From Lachnospiraceae bacterium (lineage in GTDB: Bacteria > Bacillota > Clostridia > Lachnospirales > Lachnospiraceae): a DNA stretch of 64,000 nucleotides. Below, piece after piece: positions 52,155 through 60,542 of this stretch (the stretch's first letter is position 1; each line of letters opens with the position of its first letter). The notes beneath the pieces were generated by a model. The model was not told where the DNA came from, made no database searches, and worked only from the letters and a program-made list of their open reading frames with translations. Location of the stretch: positions 890-64,889 of the forward strand of contig JAVVUO010000009.1 in the NCBI GenBank assembly GCA_036653135.1, read 5' to 3'. A program made the translations under genes and the position numbers.

Positions 52155-54062
52155 CTATTGATTTTTTTTCTTAAATGATGTAAATGGTTTTCCACTTCCA
52201 GAATAGAAGCGGCTAAACATTTCATAATATTCTAAACGCAATACCTGAATTCCTACTACCAACCCTTCTAGGGCTGTAACTGCTATATTCCCTAATACAA
52301 TAATAATCCAGTTTGGGTCTCCTTTTTCAAAACCTGCCAAAGTAAGTACTACACCCATCATACCTGCATGGCTTAATGCAAATGCACCTACACGCACAAA
52401 AGAAATGGTATTGGTGGCATAACTAAGTACCACATCAAATCCTTCTACCAAAGCTTCTACAAAAAACATCACTTTACTGCCCTGTGGAAAAATTTCGGCT
52501 TTCCGTTCAATGAAATGGCTTAAGGGTTCTTTTAACAAAATAGCTACTAAGGGAACACCTACTGCAAGTCCCATGATAATAGTTGCGGGCAGGCCATGAC
52601 CGGTTAGAAACAATACCGCACAAAATGCTACAAATCCATAACAAATCAGCCCCGCCAGACCACTTTGATGAAATAAGAGTCTGCCATATTCTTTTGCCCG
52701 TACTGCATTGATCATATTTAATATCATGGCAATGAGAATTAAGGCTACTCCAAATCCAACGGAAATCATCAACGTGGTCATAATATTATCCATAGGCTTC
52801 ATCCATACTGCTGGCAGCAGCTCTTCAAACCCAAATACACTTCCATACATAACACCGAAAAAGGTAGACCAGATACCTGCCAGAGAAATAATTCCTGCAA
52901 GGCGCATTCCCTTTAACCGGTACAGCAAAAATCCACCCAGTACTAGCACTAGTCCCTGCCCTACATCTCCAAACATAATGCCAAACATCAAGGTATAGGT
53001 AAGTGCTACAAATAAGGTGGGATCCATTTCGTTATATGCCGGAAGTCCATACATTTCTACAAACATCTCAAATGGCTTTAAAATTCCAGGATTCTTAAGC
53101 TTGGTGGGAGGAACCGCACTCTGTTTCCCATCCACTTCTTCTTCTACACAGTAAATGCTGCTATCTCCTTCTATTTCTCGTTCCAGTCGTTCTGCATCTT
53201 TGACCGTCATCCACCCATAGAGAATATAAAACTCTCCTTCTTCTTGATGTTTAATACAAGCTGCAAACTTTCTAATTTCAAAATTATCACAGTAACTATC
53301 CAAATATTCATTGGCAACGTACAAGGACTCTGCTTTTTTTTCTAGAATTTCTTCCATTGCTATCTGTAACTGTTTTAATTCTTCGTCTAATGTAGCCACT
53401 TCTCCTTGCCCTTTTTCATATGCATTTAACGGTGTTCCTTCAAAATCATCCGGTATCTGAATATCTTCAAAATGAAAGGACGCATATACTGCATCTAATT
53501 CTGTGGCATGAACATGAGGTACAAAGTAAACACCCCACACATATTCCAAATCGCTGTTACACTCATAAAATAACGTATAAGGATTATGGAATATATATTG
53601 TTCTAGTTTATGATAATCAGCCACACTGATTCTACCAAAACGATAATCAATAAAATGAAAATCTTTTAATTTTTGAAATTCAAAATCCAATTGTGTAATT
53701 GGTTTAATTTGTTCTAGCCAATTTTTTGATTTCAGCATCTTTTTTTGGATTTTTTCTTCTTGATTGATAATTTCTTCGATTTCCTTATAAGCTGCATCGA
53801 TGATATCTTTTGCTTTTTTTATTGTAAATTCTTTCTTCGCAGTTACTGGAACCGGTTTTGCATAGGACATAAGCATATGCGCCTTTTGCGCTGTCTCTTT
53901 GTACATATTCGTTTCTACAAAGGGACGAACATTTTTCAAAGTACTTAGGCTGGTCATTGCATTTTCAAAGTGAATCTCATATTTATTCAAATACACCCGC
54001 ATAACACGGTCAATGTCTTCCTTTGGACCTGCCATATGCAATAATTTCATTTTTTCTATCAC
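52155..54062 (-). CDS. V/A-type ATP synthase subunit a/I
   Basis: PPTKLKN, PAYNEMDPT, FGIMFGDVGQG, NTISFVRVGAF, LRLEYYEMFSRFY. Confidence 0.95.
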   Translation of the reverse strand: MIEKMKLLHMAGPKEDIDRVMRVYLNKYEIHFENAMTSLSTLKNVRPFVETNMYKETAQKAHMLMSYAKPVPVTAKKEFTIKKAKDIIDAAYKEIEEIINQEEKIQKKMLKSKNWLEQIKPITQLDFEFQKLKDFHFIDYRFGRISVADYHKLEQYIFHNPYTLFYECNSDLEYVWGVYFVPHVHATELDAVYASFHFEDIQIPDDFEGTPLNAYEKGQGEVATLDEELKQLQIAMEEILEKKAESLYVANEYLDSYCDNFEIRKFAACIKHQEEGEFYILYGWMTVKDAERLEREIEGDSSIYCVEEEVDGKQSAVPPTKLKNPGILKPFEMFVEMYGLPAYNEMDPTLFVALTYTLMFGIMFGDVGQGLVLVLGGFLLYRLKGMRLAGIISLAGIWSTFFGVMYGSVFGFEELLPAVWMKPMDNIMTTLMISVGFGVALILIAMILNMINAVRAKEYGRLLFHQSGLAGLICYGFVAFCAVLFLTGHGLPATIIMGLAVGVPLVAILLKEPLSHFIERKAEIFPQGSKVMFFVEALVEGFDVVLSYATNTISFVRVGAFALSHAGMMGVVLTLAGFEKGDPNWIIIVLGNIAVTALEGLVVGIQVLRLEYYEMFSRFYSGSGKPFTSFKKKNQ

Positions 54063-54085
54063 AGTGTCTCCTCCGTTCTTTCCCT

Positions 54086-54916
54086 TTATCTGGTACTTAA
54101 CACTAATTCTCTAATATCTTTGGTGGGAACCTGATAACGAATTCCTTCCAAAGCAGTGGTTAAATGTTGAATTTCTTGTTCCTTATCATAAAAATACTGA
54201 AATATCGGTGCCATGGAAGCCGGATATTTACTGCAGGTTTTTTGATACATTTTGCGCATTACTTCATGGTAGGAAATATCATCCTGCATTTTCACCAGTG
54301 CTTCCTTCCCTTTAAAGTAAACTGTATTGGAAAGTATATGAATAAATTCTTCTATCTTCTCAGTGTCTAACATCTGCTGAAATTCAGATTTTTTCAAGCG
54401 ATAGTGCACTGGAATTAACATCTGGGTGATTTCTTCTGGCTGCTGATGAAAAAAACACTTTGCCCGATACATCCACATAATGTTCAGCCAGTCTATCTGG
54501 GTACCGAATATTTCCTGCAATACCTGTTTCATCTTTCCAGTAAAAAACTTATGGATACTCTGCCAGGTTTTTACAAAATAAGTGGTATCTATTTCCGGTA
54601 CAGACGCTCCATACTGTAACTGTTTTTGGTATAATGCCAATGCGCTGCGCTGCTTTTGATTACTGAATAAATATAAACATTTGTAATCTTCTAAAATAGA
54701 ATTGTGAATCAGTGCTTCTACTTGACCCCGATGCTGAATATCTTCATGTCCACCATATATTTTTCCGTAGCTTTCCTGCTCCCTTAAGAAGACAATGGTT
54801 TCATAGACCGTTGGAATTTCTAGAATTTTTTCAAAATCTTCCCTTTTCAAAAGCCTTCCATGCATCGCTCTTGTCTTAGTAAGCAGTCCACTATACTGTA
54901 GTAACCCTTCTGTCAT
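54086..54916 (-). CDS. V/A-type ATP synthase subunit C/d (short)
   Basis: YSGLLTKTRAM, IDWLNIMWMYRAK, KEQEI..LTTALEGIRY; operon position. Confidence 0.8.
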   Translation of the reverse strand: MTEGLLQYSGLLTKTRAMHGRLLKREDFEKILEIPTVYETIVFLREQESYGKIYGGHEDIQHRGQVEALIHNSILEDYKCLYLFSNQKQRSALALYQKQLQYGASVPEIDTTYFVKTWQSIHKFFTGKMKQVLQEIFGTQIDWLNIMWMYRAKCFFHQQPEEITQMLIPVHYRLKKSEFQQMLDTEKIEEFIHILSNTVYFKGKEALVKMQDDISYHEVMRKMYQKTCSKYPASMAPIFQYFYDKEQEIQHLTTALEGIRYQVPTKDIRELVLSTR

Positions 54917-54918
54917 TC

Positions 54919-55230
54919 TTACACCTCTGTTATTTTTTTCACAATTTCTTGAGCAAAACTATCATACTTGCCTTCATAAGTTTCCTCTAAGTGGCGGATA
55001 CTTTCCTGGTTTTTGAACACAATTTCTTCTACTTTCTGATTTACCTGTTCATCCAATATAGATTTCAAACTAGTTAGTTGTCCTTCCATCTCTTCTGTGA
55101 TTTCTTTTGTAATATTTTGTTCTGCCTGAGTATTCTTTGCCATTATTTCCAGTTTTTCTTGCTTTGTCTCTTCCATAATCTGCGTTGCCTTTTCTTCTAT
55201 TTCATAAAGGCGTTCTATTATTTCATTCAT
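54919..55230 (-). CDS. V/A-type ATP synthase subunit G/H-like
   Basis: MNEIIERLYEIEEKA, E/K-rich helix at the operon head. Confidence 0.7.
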   Translation of the reverse strand: MNEIIERLYEIEEKATQIMEETKQEKLEIMAKNTQAEQNITKEITEEMEGQLTSLKSILDEQVNQKVEEIVFKNQESIRHLEETYEGKYDSFAQEIVKKITEV

Positions 55231-55247
55231 ACATTCCCTTCTTCTTT

Positions 55248-56267
55248 CTAAAAATATATTTGAGCAGCAAATGAATTTCCACTATGTTCTTGGACTGCAC
55301 GTACCGAAATTGCTTTGACCACTTCTTGTACCATACGTACCATCACTTGTTTTGCCCGATTGCTACTAATGATTGGCTGATATTCATCTTGAGGATACTG
55401 AAAACTCAGCTTAATTACATAAAGTTCACCCTCTTGTTCAATGATGGCAGATGCATCATATTGTCCACATATTTCTTTACACAAATAAGCACTCATAAAT
55501 ATGGTATATGCCATTTTCTGCATGGCTTTACATTCAATTTCTTTTTCTGTATTGCTTTTTATAATAAAATTTTGTGCTTCCTTGGGATGATGAAACATAT
55601 TCTTTAAATAATTCGCATGAAAGATAAAATTCCGTGCTTCAAACATATAATAACGCATAAATTCCTGGAACAAACCTTCAAATACCTTATTGACCAAAGA
55701 TTCCTCTTCTTCCGTAAATGGAACTTTTCCATATTTTAAATTTGTTCTTACAATTCCCACTGCCATATCGTAAACGCTGGTGTAACTTTGCTTTTTTTCT
55801 TCTAACTTCTGATTTAGTTCTTCTGATTTTTTATTCAGCATTTCCAATTCCAGTGAAACATTTCTTCTATAACATTCCTCCACTTCCTGATGTTCATAAT
55901 ATTTAATGGCTTCTTGTATTGGCGTTAATAAATCTTCCACCAGAAAAAAAGGTTTTAAAATCAGCTTAAATATTCTGCTTTGATTCATAATCTCCAATGT
56001 TTTTTCTACCTCTATAACCTGTGACATTGCAATTTTAATTGTAGTAGGAGATACCATTTCCACCATATCAAATAGTTCCTTGCCTGACATCACCGGCAAA
56101 TCTAACTCACTTAAAAGAACAGAGACAGAATTTTGTGCAATATACTCCAATGCTTCCTCTGGATACATGAAATAAATGAATTTTATTTCTTTCTGATAAG
56201 GTTCGAGCATTCGCTTATAATTAATGATAAGTTTACTATCTTTTTCTACCATTATCACTGTATTCAT
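55248..56267 (-). CDS. Atypical receiver-domain protein
   Basis: REC-like N-terminus (VLLSELDLPVMSG, IAMS, LKPF), coiled coil, unassigned C-terminal domain. Confidence 0.7.
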   Translation of the reverse strand: MNTVIMVEKDSKLIINYKRMLEPYQKEIKFIYFMYPEEALEYIAQNSVSVLLSELDLPVMSGKELFDMVEMVSPTTIKIAMSQVIEVEKTLEIMNQSRIFKLILKPFFLVEDLLTPIQEAIKYYEHQEVEECYRRNVSLELEMLNKKSEELNQKLEEKKQSYTSVYDMAVGIVRTNLKYGKVPFTEEEESLVNKVFEGLFQEFMRYYMFEARNFIFHANYLKNMFHHPKEAQNFIIKSNTEKEIECKAMQKMAYTIFMSAYLCKEICGQYDASAIIEQEGELYVIKLSFQYPQDEYQPIISSNRAKQVMVRMVQEVVKAISVRAVQEHSGNSFAAQIYF

Positions 56268-56345
56268 AAACTTCCTCCTTCTGTATATTCAATTTCAATT
56301 TTCTCAATTGTAATATTGCTCTCTTTTTCTTTACTCTCTAGTAGA

Positions 56346-56374
56346 ATTATATCAGACTATGAAGGATTTTACAA
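56346..56374 (-). promoter_or_regulatory. sigA promoter for the receiver gene and ATPase operon
   Basis: TTGTAA-N17-TATAAT with extended TG. Confidence 0.6.
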
Positions 56375-56403
56375 AAAAATTTTATATTTTGATTATTTTA
56401 GTA

Positions 56404-56430
56404 ACACATAGTAAAAATCTTCATATGATA
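56404..56430 (+). promoter_or_regulatory. Putative sigK promoter
   Basis: AC-N16-CATATGATA. Confidence 0.55.
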
Positions 56431-56461
56431 CCATGTAATTAAAATTTGGAGGATTTAAAAT

Positions 56462-56728
56462 ATGAGTGATTTAGCTGCAACAAACTGTGGATGTGGATGT
56501 GAAACCAACAACGGCGGAGGATGTTCTTCCATTCTCTGGATTATTATCCTGCTTTCCTGCTGTGGTGGTAATGGTGGTGGCATCATGGGTGGAGATGGCT
56601 GTGGAAGTAATAGCTGTCTGTGGATTATTTTATTACTCTTCTGCTGCGGTGGTAGCGGCGGTGGATGTGGCAGCAGTGGCGGCTGTGGCGGCAGCGGCGG
56701 CTGTGGATGCGGTACTTCCTTCTGTTAA
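56462..56728 (+). CDS. Small Cys/Gly-rich protein with two LWII(I/L)LLxCCGG repeats
   Basis: GGAGG RBS, 88 aa, 15 Cys and 28 Gly, own terminator. Confidence 0.85.
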   Translation: MSDLAATNCGCGCETNNGGGCSSILWIIILLSCCGGNGGGIMGGDGCGSNSCLWIILLLFCCGGSGGGCGSSGGCGGSGGCGCGTSFC

Positions 56729-56738
56729 TTCTACAAAG

Positions 56739-56767
56739 AATCCCGGGAATCTATTCCCGGGATTTTT
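56739..56767 (+). terminator. Intrinsic terminator of the Cys/Gly gene
   Basis: 11-bp stem AATCCCGGGAA-tcta-TTCCCGGGATT followed by TTT. Confidence 0.9.
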
Positions 56768-56770
56768 CTT

Positions 56771-56910
56771 GTGTGCTAGGCATGGCACTAATCTAGCTGG
56801 AGTAAGTCCAGTCACGGATATTTACCGCCAAGTGTAGCAAAACGCAAGTTGATATCAGTAAGGATTGCACTGCGGCAAAGACGTAACATGTCAATAAATC
56901 GAACTGCCGC
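56771..56910 (+). mobile_element. 5' fragment (domain I) of a group IIC intron; no RT ORF or domain V seen
   Basis: Starts GTGTG 6 nt after the terminator stem; GTGC...GCAC pairing around GGCATGG; CTGG-AGTAAGT-CCAG; TAGC..AACGCAAG; CGGCAAA; CGAAC. Collinear with IIC intron 5' ends as I recall them. Confidence 0.65.
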
Positions 56911-56942
56911 AAAAAAAGAATCCTGCAAGCAGGATTCTTTTT
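56858..56942 (+). repeat. Dispersed 85-bp element, copy 2
   Basis: 71/85 identical to the reverse complement of 29862-29946. Confidence 0.9.
56916..56942. terminator. Bidirectional terminator-like palindrome AGAATCCTGC-AA-GCAGGATTCT
   Basis: A-run before and T-run after; abuts the stop of the minus-strand small ORF. Confidence 0.75.
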
Positions 56943-57107
56943 CTATTCTGTTTCTTGTTTTTTAGTATATAGACTATTTAGCATCCATTCATTTTTATCT
57001 TCATGGGAAAGAAATTCCTTGACATTTTCTAACTGCTCTTTTTTTCTACGAATACAAGCATCATCTATTTCATATACACTATTACCTTCAATCATTAATT
57101 TTCCCAT
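56943..57107 (-). CDS. Small hypothetical protein (54 aa, MGKLMIEGNSVYEIDDAC...)
   Basis: GGAGGT RBS before ATG 57107; sigK-like promoter upstream. Confidence 0.65.
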   Translation of the reverse strand: MGKLMIEGNSVYEIDDACIRRKKEQLENVKEFLSHEDKNEWMLNSLYTKKQETE

Positions 57108-57129
57108 ACTTATATTACCTCCATAGTAC

Positions 57130-57155
57130 ATCATATGCTTTTTTTCTCTTATGGT
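57130..57155 (-). promoter_or_regulatory. Putative sigK promoter
   Basis: Minus strand AC-N16-CATATGAT. Confidence 0.5.
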
Positions 57156-57183
57156 CATATTTAAGAGATTTTTTTCATAGATT
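57155..57183 (+). promoter_or_regulatory. Putative sigE promoter
   Basis: TCATATT-N14-CATAGATT. Confidence 0.6.
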
Positions 57184-57204
57184 AGAATAAAAAATGGTGA
57201 TGCA

Positions 57205-57522
57205 ATGGACACTCTTGATACCTTAATTCAAGATAATCACCTGCAAATGATGAAAGCTGCTCTTCCTTATTTGGATTTTTCTCATCAAAAAGAGATTGCT
57301 ATGATTGTGAAATTCATGGAATTACAGCGTACTGCAGAATTGTTTCAATCTCCTAGCAACAATCTTCATATGTGTTCAGAGGAAGAAGATAATCAGGAAG
57401 AGCCTCAAATTCAAATGCTAAATGCCATTCGAAAATACTGCACCGATAAAGAAAAAGAAACCGTAGATACCGTCATCAATTTTGTACAGATATTCTCTAC
57501 TTATGGAACACTCTTCACCTAG
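57205..57522 (+). CDS. Hypothetical protein (105 aa)
   Basis: GGTG RBS; helical; HLQMMKAALPYL. Confidence 0.75.
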   Translation: MDTLDTLIQDNHLQMMKAALPYLDFSHQKEIAMIVKFMELQRTAELFQSPSNNLHMCSEEEDNQEEPQIQMLNAIRKYCTDKEKETVDTVINFVQIFSTYGTLFT

Positions 57523-57578
57523 GTAGCGTAATAAAAAGAAGCCTTTACTTAACCTTGTTTATTTTAGAAAGGAGTTTT

Positions 57579-57860
57579 ATGAATCCCAGTGATTTGTTAC
57601 ATAATCCACAACTTCAAAATATCTCTCCGGAGAAATTACAACTTTTTATGGAACTTGCACAAAGTACCTCTCCTGGCACTTCTTCTCCCAAAGATATGGC
57701 ATCTTCTTTAAAAAATGCCTCGGATACAGTTCAAAAAAAGGGAATTGATTTTTCTTCTACGGAACGAGAACTAATTATCGAAACCTTAAAACAAAATATG
57801 CCAGTTCAAGAACAGCGAAAGGTGGATTTGTTGATGCAAATGATGAAAAGTAGAAGATGA
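57579..57860 (+). CDS. Hypothetical protein (93 aa)
   Basis: AAAGGAG RBS before ATG 57579. Confidence 0.75.
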   Translation: MNPSDLLHNPQLQNISPEKLQLFMELAQSTSPGTSSPKDMASSLKNASDTVQKKGIDFSSTERELIIETLKQNMPVQEQRKVDLLMQMMKSRR

Positions 57861-57930
57861 AAATAGATATTTTAAAAACGAAAGACAACAGCCAGCAATG
57901 GACCTGTAGATGCATTCCAGATACGGATAT

Positions 57931-57996
57931 GTTCAGTTGTTAAGATTTGCCATAAGATACGCACTGAGTATCTCACGACAAATCTTACGTCTGAAC
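57931..57996 (-). other. Long RNA hairpin downstream of the C39-like gene
   Basis: 20-bp uninterrupted stem (57941-60 with 57968-87, three G-U pairs on the minus strand), 7-nt loop, extra GTTCAG/CTGAAC stem. Confidence 0.75.
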
Positions 57997-58012
57997 TCTT
58001 TACAGCAGCGAA

Positions 58013-58969
58013 TTAAGGTCTGTTCCATGCTCCTGTCATACAATTTGATTTCCAAGTATTATCTTGTTCTTTATATTCTGCTACTGCTAAATATTGATAT
58101 TGACTGCTGGTCTTTAACGCATCATAAATATAGCGCAGTGGAATTCGACTGCGGTTATTCTCAGGACTTCCAGGCTCTGCCAAAAATACGGTATCACTTT
58201 CTTTTTGATACAGCCAGATATTCACATAATGCCCTGGAGTCTTTTTCCAATACGTATTGTCATTGCTGCTACACACTAAAACAATGGCAGATTTTACATT
58301 AGCTATCTGATTTTGAAAAGCTTCATAAGTATCCGGCTTAAAATATACATCGCAATTCATGCCACAACTTGATAACGTTACCTTTATATTTCCCCAGTCA
58401 ATGGCTCCTGATTTTCCACTAGGAGCATATCCAGAAGCTTCCATGGCATACTCACACATATCCCAAGGGGAAACTTCGTATGGAGATAAGGTATCATAAA
58501 TATTTGCCATACAGCAAAGTCCGCATCCGAAATTTCCAAAAGAATTTCCACGGACTCCAAACGTACACCATTCCCCGGACCAGGGAACACTTCGTTCCCA
58601 TGACTTTGGACCTTGCAAAAAAGTATATACTTCCTCTTCTTCCAAGGTAAATCCTTGAATGAGCAATGCTCTTTCTTCTTGGGGAACTACTTGACCTAGC
58701 CATTCTCCTAGCCCCACCTGTAATTTAGCCGGTAGGCGCTTCTGCTGCTCTAGTTCTGTTTTTTCTAATGGCGGTACTGACCTGATTGCTATTTTTTCTG
58801 TTTGTTGCTCCAATTCTATTGTTTTTGCTGCTTTTACTTCTATATTCAATTCCGTTTCCGGTTTTTTGATTTTCACATTCTCTATGCTGTCATTTGCCAT
58901 GCTGATTAAGCCAAAACCAAACAGAAGTACCAGCAATCCAGATATTTTCTTTTTCATTTGCTCTTTCAT
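58013..58969 (-). CDS. Exported papain-like (peptidase C39-like) protein
   Basis: N-terminal signal/TM; GCGLCCMANI (Cys), GHYVNI (His), AEP. Confidence 0.65.
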   Translation of the reverse strand: MKEQMKKKISGLLVLLFGFGLISMANDSIENVKIKKPETELNIEVKAAKTIELEQQTEKIAIRSVPPLEKTELEQQKRLPAKLQVGLGEWLGQVVPQEERALLIQGFTLEEEEVYTFLQGPKSWERSVPWSGEWCTFGVRGNSFGNFGCGLCCMANIYDTLSPYEVSPWDMCEYAMEASGYAPSGKSGAIDWGNIKVTLSSCGMNCDVYFKPDTYEAFQNQIANVKSAIVLVCSSNDNTYWKKTPGHYVNIWLYQKESDTVFLAEPGSPENNRSRIPLRYIYDALKTSSQYQYLAVAEYKEQDNTWKSNCMTGAWNRP

Positions 58970-59081
58970 CCTTCTATTACTGCTTTTTTATTTGCATTCA
59001 TGATATTTTTTCTTATGTGTAATCATATCATATTGACAATCACTACGTAAAGCAGGATTTTGATAAAATTTGAAAATAAGA

Positions 59082-59110
59082 TTGACAAAAGTCTTTGCTA
59101 CGCATATACT
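59082..59110 (+). promoter_or_regulatory. sigA promoter of arsR
   Basis: TTGACA-N17-TATACT. Confidence 0.75.
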
Positions 59111-59118
59111 AATGACAT

Positions 59119-59134
59119 ATCGAAATAAATTGAT
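59119..59134. promoter_or_regulatory. ArsR/SmtB-type operator 1
   Basis: ATCGA-N6-TTGAT just after the -10. Confidence 0.6.
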
Positions 59135-59147
59135 GTGAGGTGATGAG

Positions 59148-59435
59148 TTGAACTCTACTTACCAAGAAGATGCCAAGGTATTTAAAGCACTTTGTGACGA
59201 AAAGCGTTTGGCAATCCTTGCCCTGCTGCGCAGCGGTGAAAAATGTGCCTGTGTTCTCATTGAACACATGAATATAGGGCAGTCCTCCTTATCCTATCAT
59301 ATGAAAATTCTCTGTGAATCCGGAATTGTGGATAGTCGCCAGGAAGGAAAATGGACACATTATTGTATTAGTCAAACTGGCAGTAAGCATGCAGCTGAAC
59401 TTCTGCTTTTGCTGACAACTCCAGCTGTAACATAA
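59148..59435 (+). CDS. ArsR/SmtB-family repressor
   Basis: FKALCDEKRLAIL, EKCACVL metal site, QSSLSYHMKIL, RQEGKWTHY. Confidence 0.9.
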   Translation: MNSTYQEDAKVFKALCDEKRLAILALLRSGEKCACVLIEHMNIGQSSLSYHMKILCESGIVDSRQEGKWTHYCISQTGSKHAAELLLLLTTPAVT

Positions 59436-59470
59436 GCCATCTGGTTGATGGCTTTTCTTTCACAGATTAT

Positions 59471-59486
59471 ATCAAGTTTTTTTGAT
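59471..59486. promoter_or_regulatory. ArsR/SmtB-type operator 2
   Basis: Perfect ATCAA-N6-TTGAT; both operators are followed by GTGA. Confidence 0.6.
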
Positions 59487-59515
59487 GTGACTATCTATAG
59501 GAGGTATTGACTTTT

Positions 59516-60529
59516 ATGAAACTAGTAGAAACAATATGGCTTTTTTTTCAAAATCAAATTCTTGGAATGAAATGGTTAAATGCATTGATTGGTTCTATCC
59601 TTTCACGTTTCGGTATTTCTATTTCAAATCCAATAGGTGGCAGTATTCAATTCTTTTTTTATGATGTGATAAAAATCACCTTACTCTTATGCTTTTTGAT
59701 TTTTATCATTTCTTATATTCAAAGCTATTTTCCACCAGAACGGAGCAAACGTATTTTAAAACGATTTCATGGTATTGGAGCAAATATCATTTCTGCATTA
59801 TTGGGAACGGTAACTCCTTTTTGCTCTTGTTCCTCTATTCCATTATTTATTGGCTTTACCAGCGCCGGACTGCCACTTGGTGTTACCTTTTCCTTTTTGA
59901 TTTCTTCTCCTATGGTAGATTTAGGAAGCTTCGTTTTGCTAATCAGTATTTTTGGTGCTAAAGTAGCTATAATTTATGTTTTGATAGGGCTTGTTGTGGC
60001 AGTCATTGGTGGTACTATCATTGAAAAGCTGCACATGGAAAAGTATGTAGAAGAATTTATTACTACGACAAACAGTATCGATTTAGAATCTCCCCATTTA
60101 ACAAAACTAGAACGGATCACCTATGGAAAAGAGCAGGTAGTATCTACTTTTCGTAAAGTATTTCCCTATATTCTTCTTGGTGTTGGAATTGGGGCTTTGA
60201 TTCACAATTGGATTCCAACTAGCTGGGTTGAAGCGGCATTGGGCAATCACAATCCTTTCGGGGTGATTTTAGCAACTTTGATTGGTGTACCTATGTATGC
60301 AGATATTTTTGGCACCATTCCTGTGGCAGAGGCACTGCTCTTTAAAGGCGCACAGCTTGGTACTGTTCTATCTTTTATGATGGCCGTTACAACACTTAGT
60401 TTACCTTCTATGATTATGCTCCGTAAAGCAGTAAAGCCAAAGTTATTAGTACTGTTTCTTACCATTTGTACGGTAGGAATCATTCTTGTAGGATACTTAT
60501 TCAATGCAGTTCAATTTTTATTTATTTAA
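59516..60529 (+). CDS. DUF318/ArsP-family permease
   Basis: TPFCSCSSIPLFIG, FLISSPMVD, GVPMYADIFGTIP, LSLPSMIML. Confidence 0.88.
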   Translation: MKLVETIWLFFQNQILGMKWLNALIGSILSRFGISISNPIGGSIQFFFYDVIKITLLLCFLIFIISYIQSYFPPERSKRILKRFHGIGANIISALLGTVTPFCSCSSIPLFIGFTSAGLPLGVTFSFLISSPMVDLGSFVLLISIFGAKVAIIYVLIGLVVAVIGGTIIEKLHMEKYVEEFITTTNSIDLESPHLTKLERITYGKEQVVSTFRKVFPYILLGVGIGALIHNWIPTSWVEAALGNHNPFGVILATLIGVPMYADIFGTIPVAEALLFKGAQLGTVLSFMMAVTTLSLPSMIMLRKAVKPKLLVLFLTICTVGIILVGYLFNAVQFLFI

Positions 60530-60542
60530 GGAGGATTTTAAT

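Noticed and set aside
56462-56728. Bacteriocin or RiPP gene cluster
   Set aside because: No modification enzyme, transporter or immunity gene adjacent; the sigK-like promoter favours a spore protein
56487-56837. Alternative-frame ORFs 56487-56837 (+) and 56633-56815 (-) with Ala/Val/Thr runs
   Set aside because: By-products of the GGC/GGT/TGT codon repeats of the Cys/Gly gene; no RBS, and they cross its terminator
56771-57200. Complete, mobile group II intron
   Set aside because: No RT/maturase ORF and no domain V/VI seen in the window; only a 5' fragment is supported
57910-58302. 130-aa plus-strand ORF
   Set aside because: Antisense to the C39-like gene, spans the hairpin, no RBS or recognisable motif
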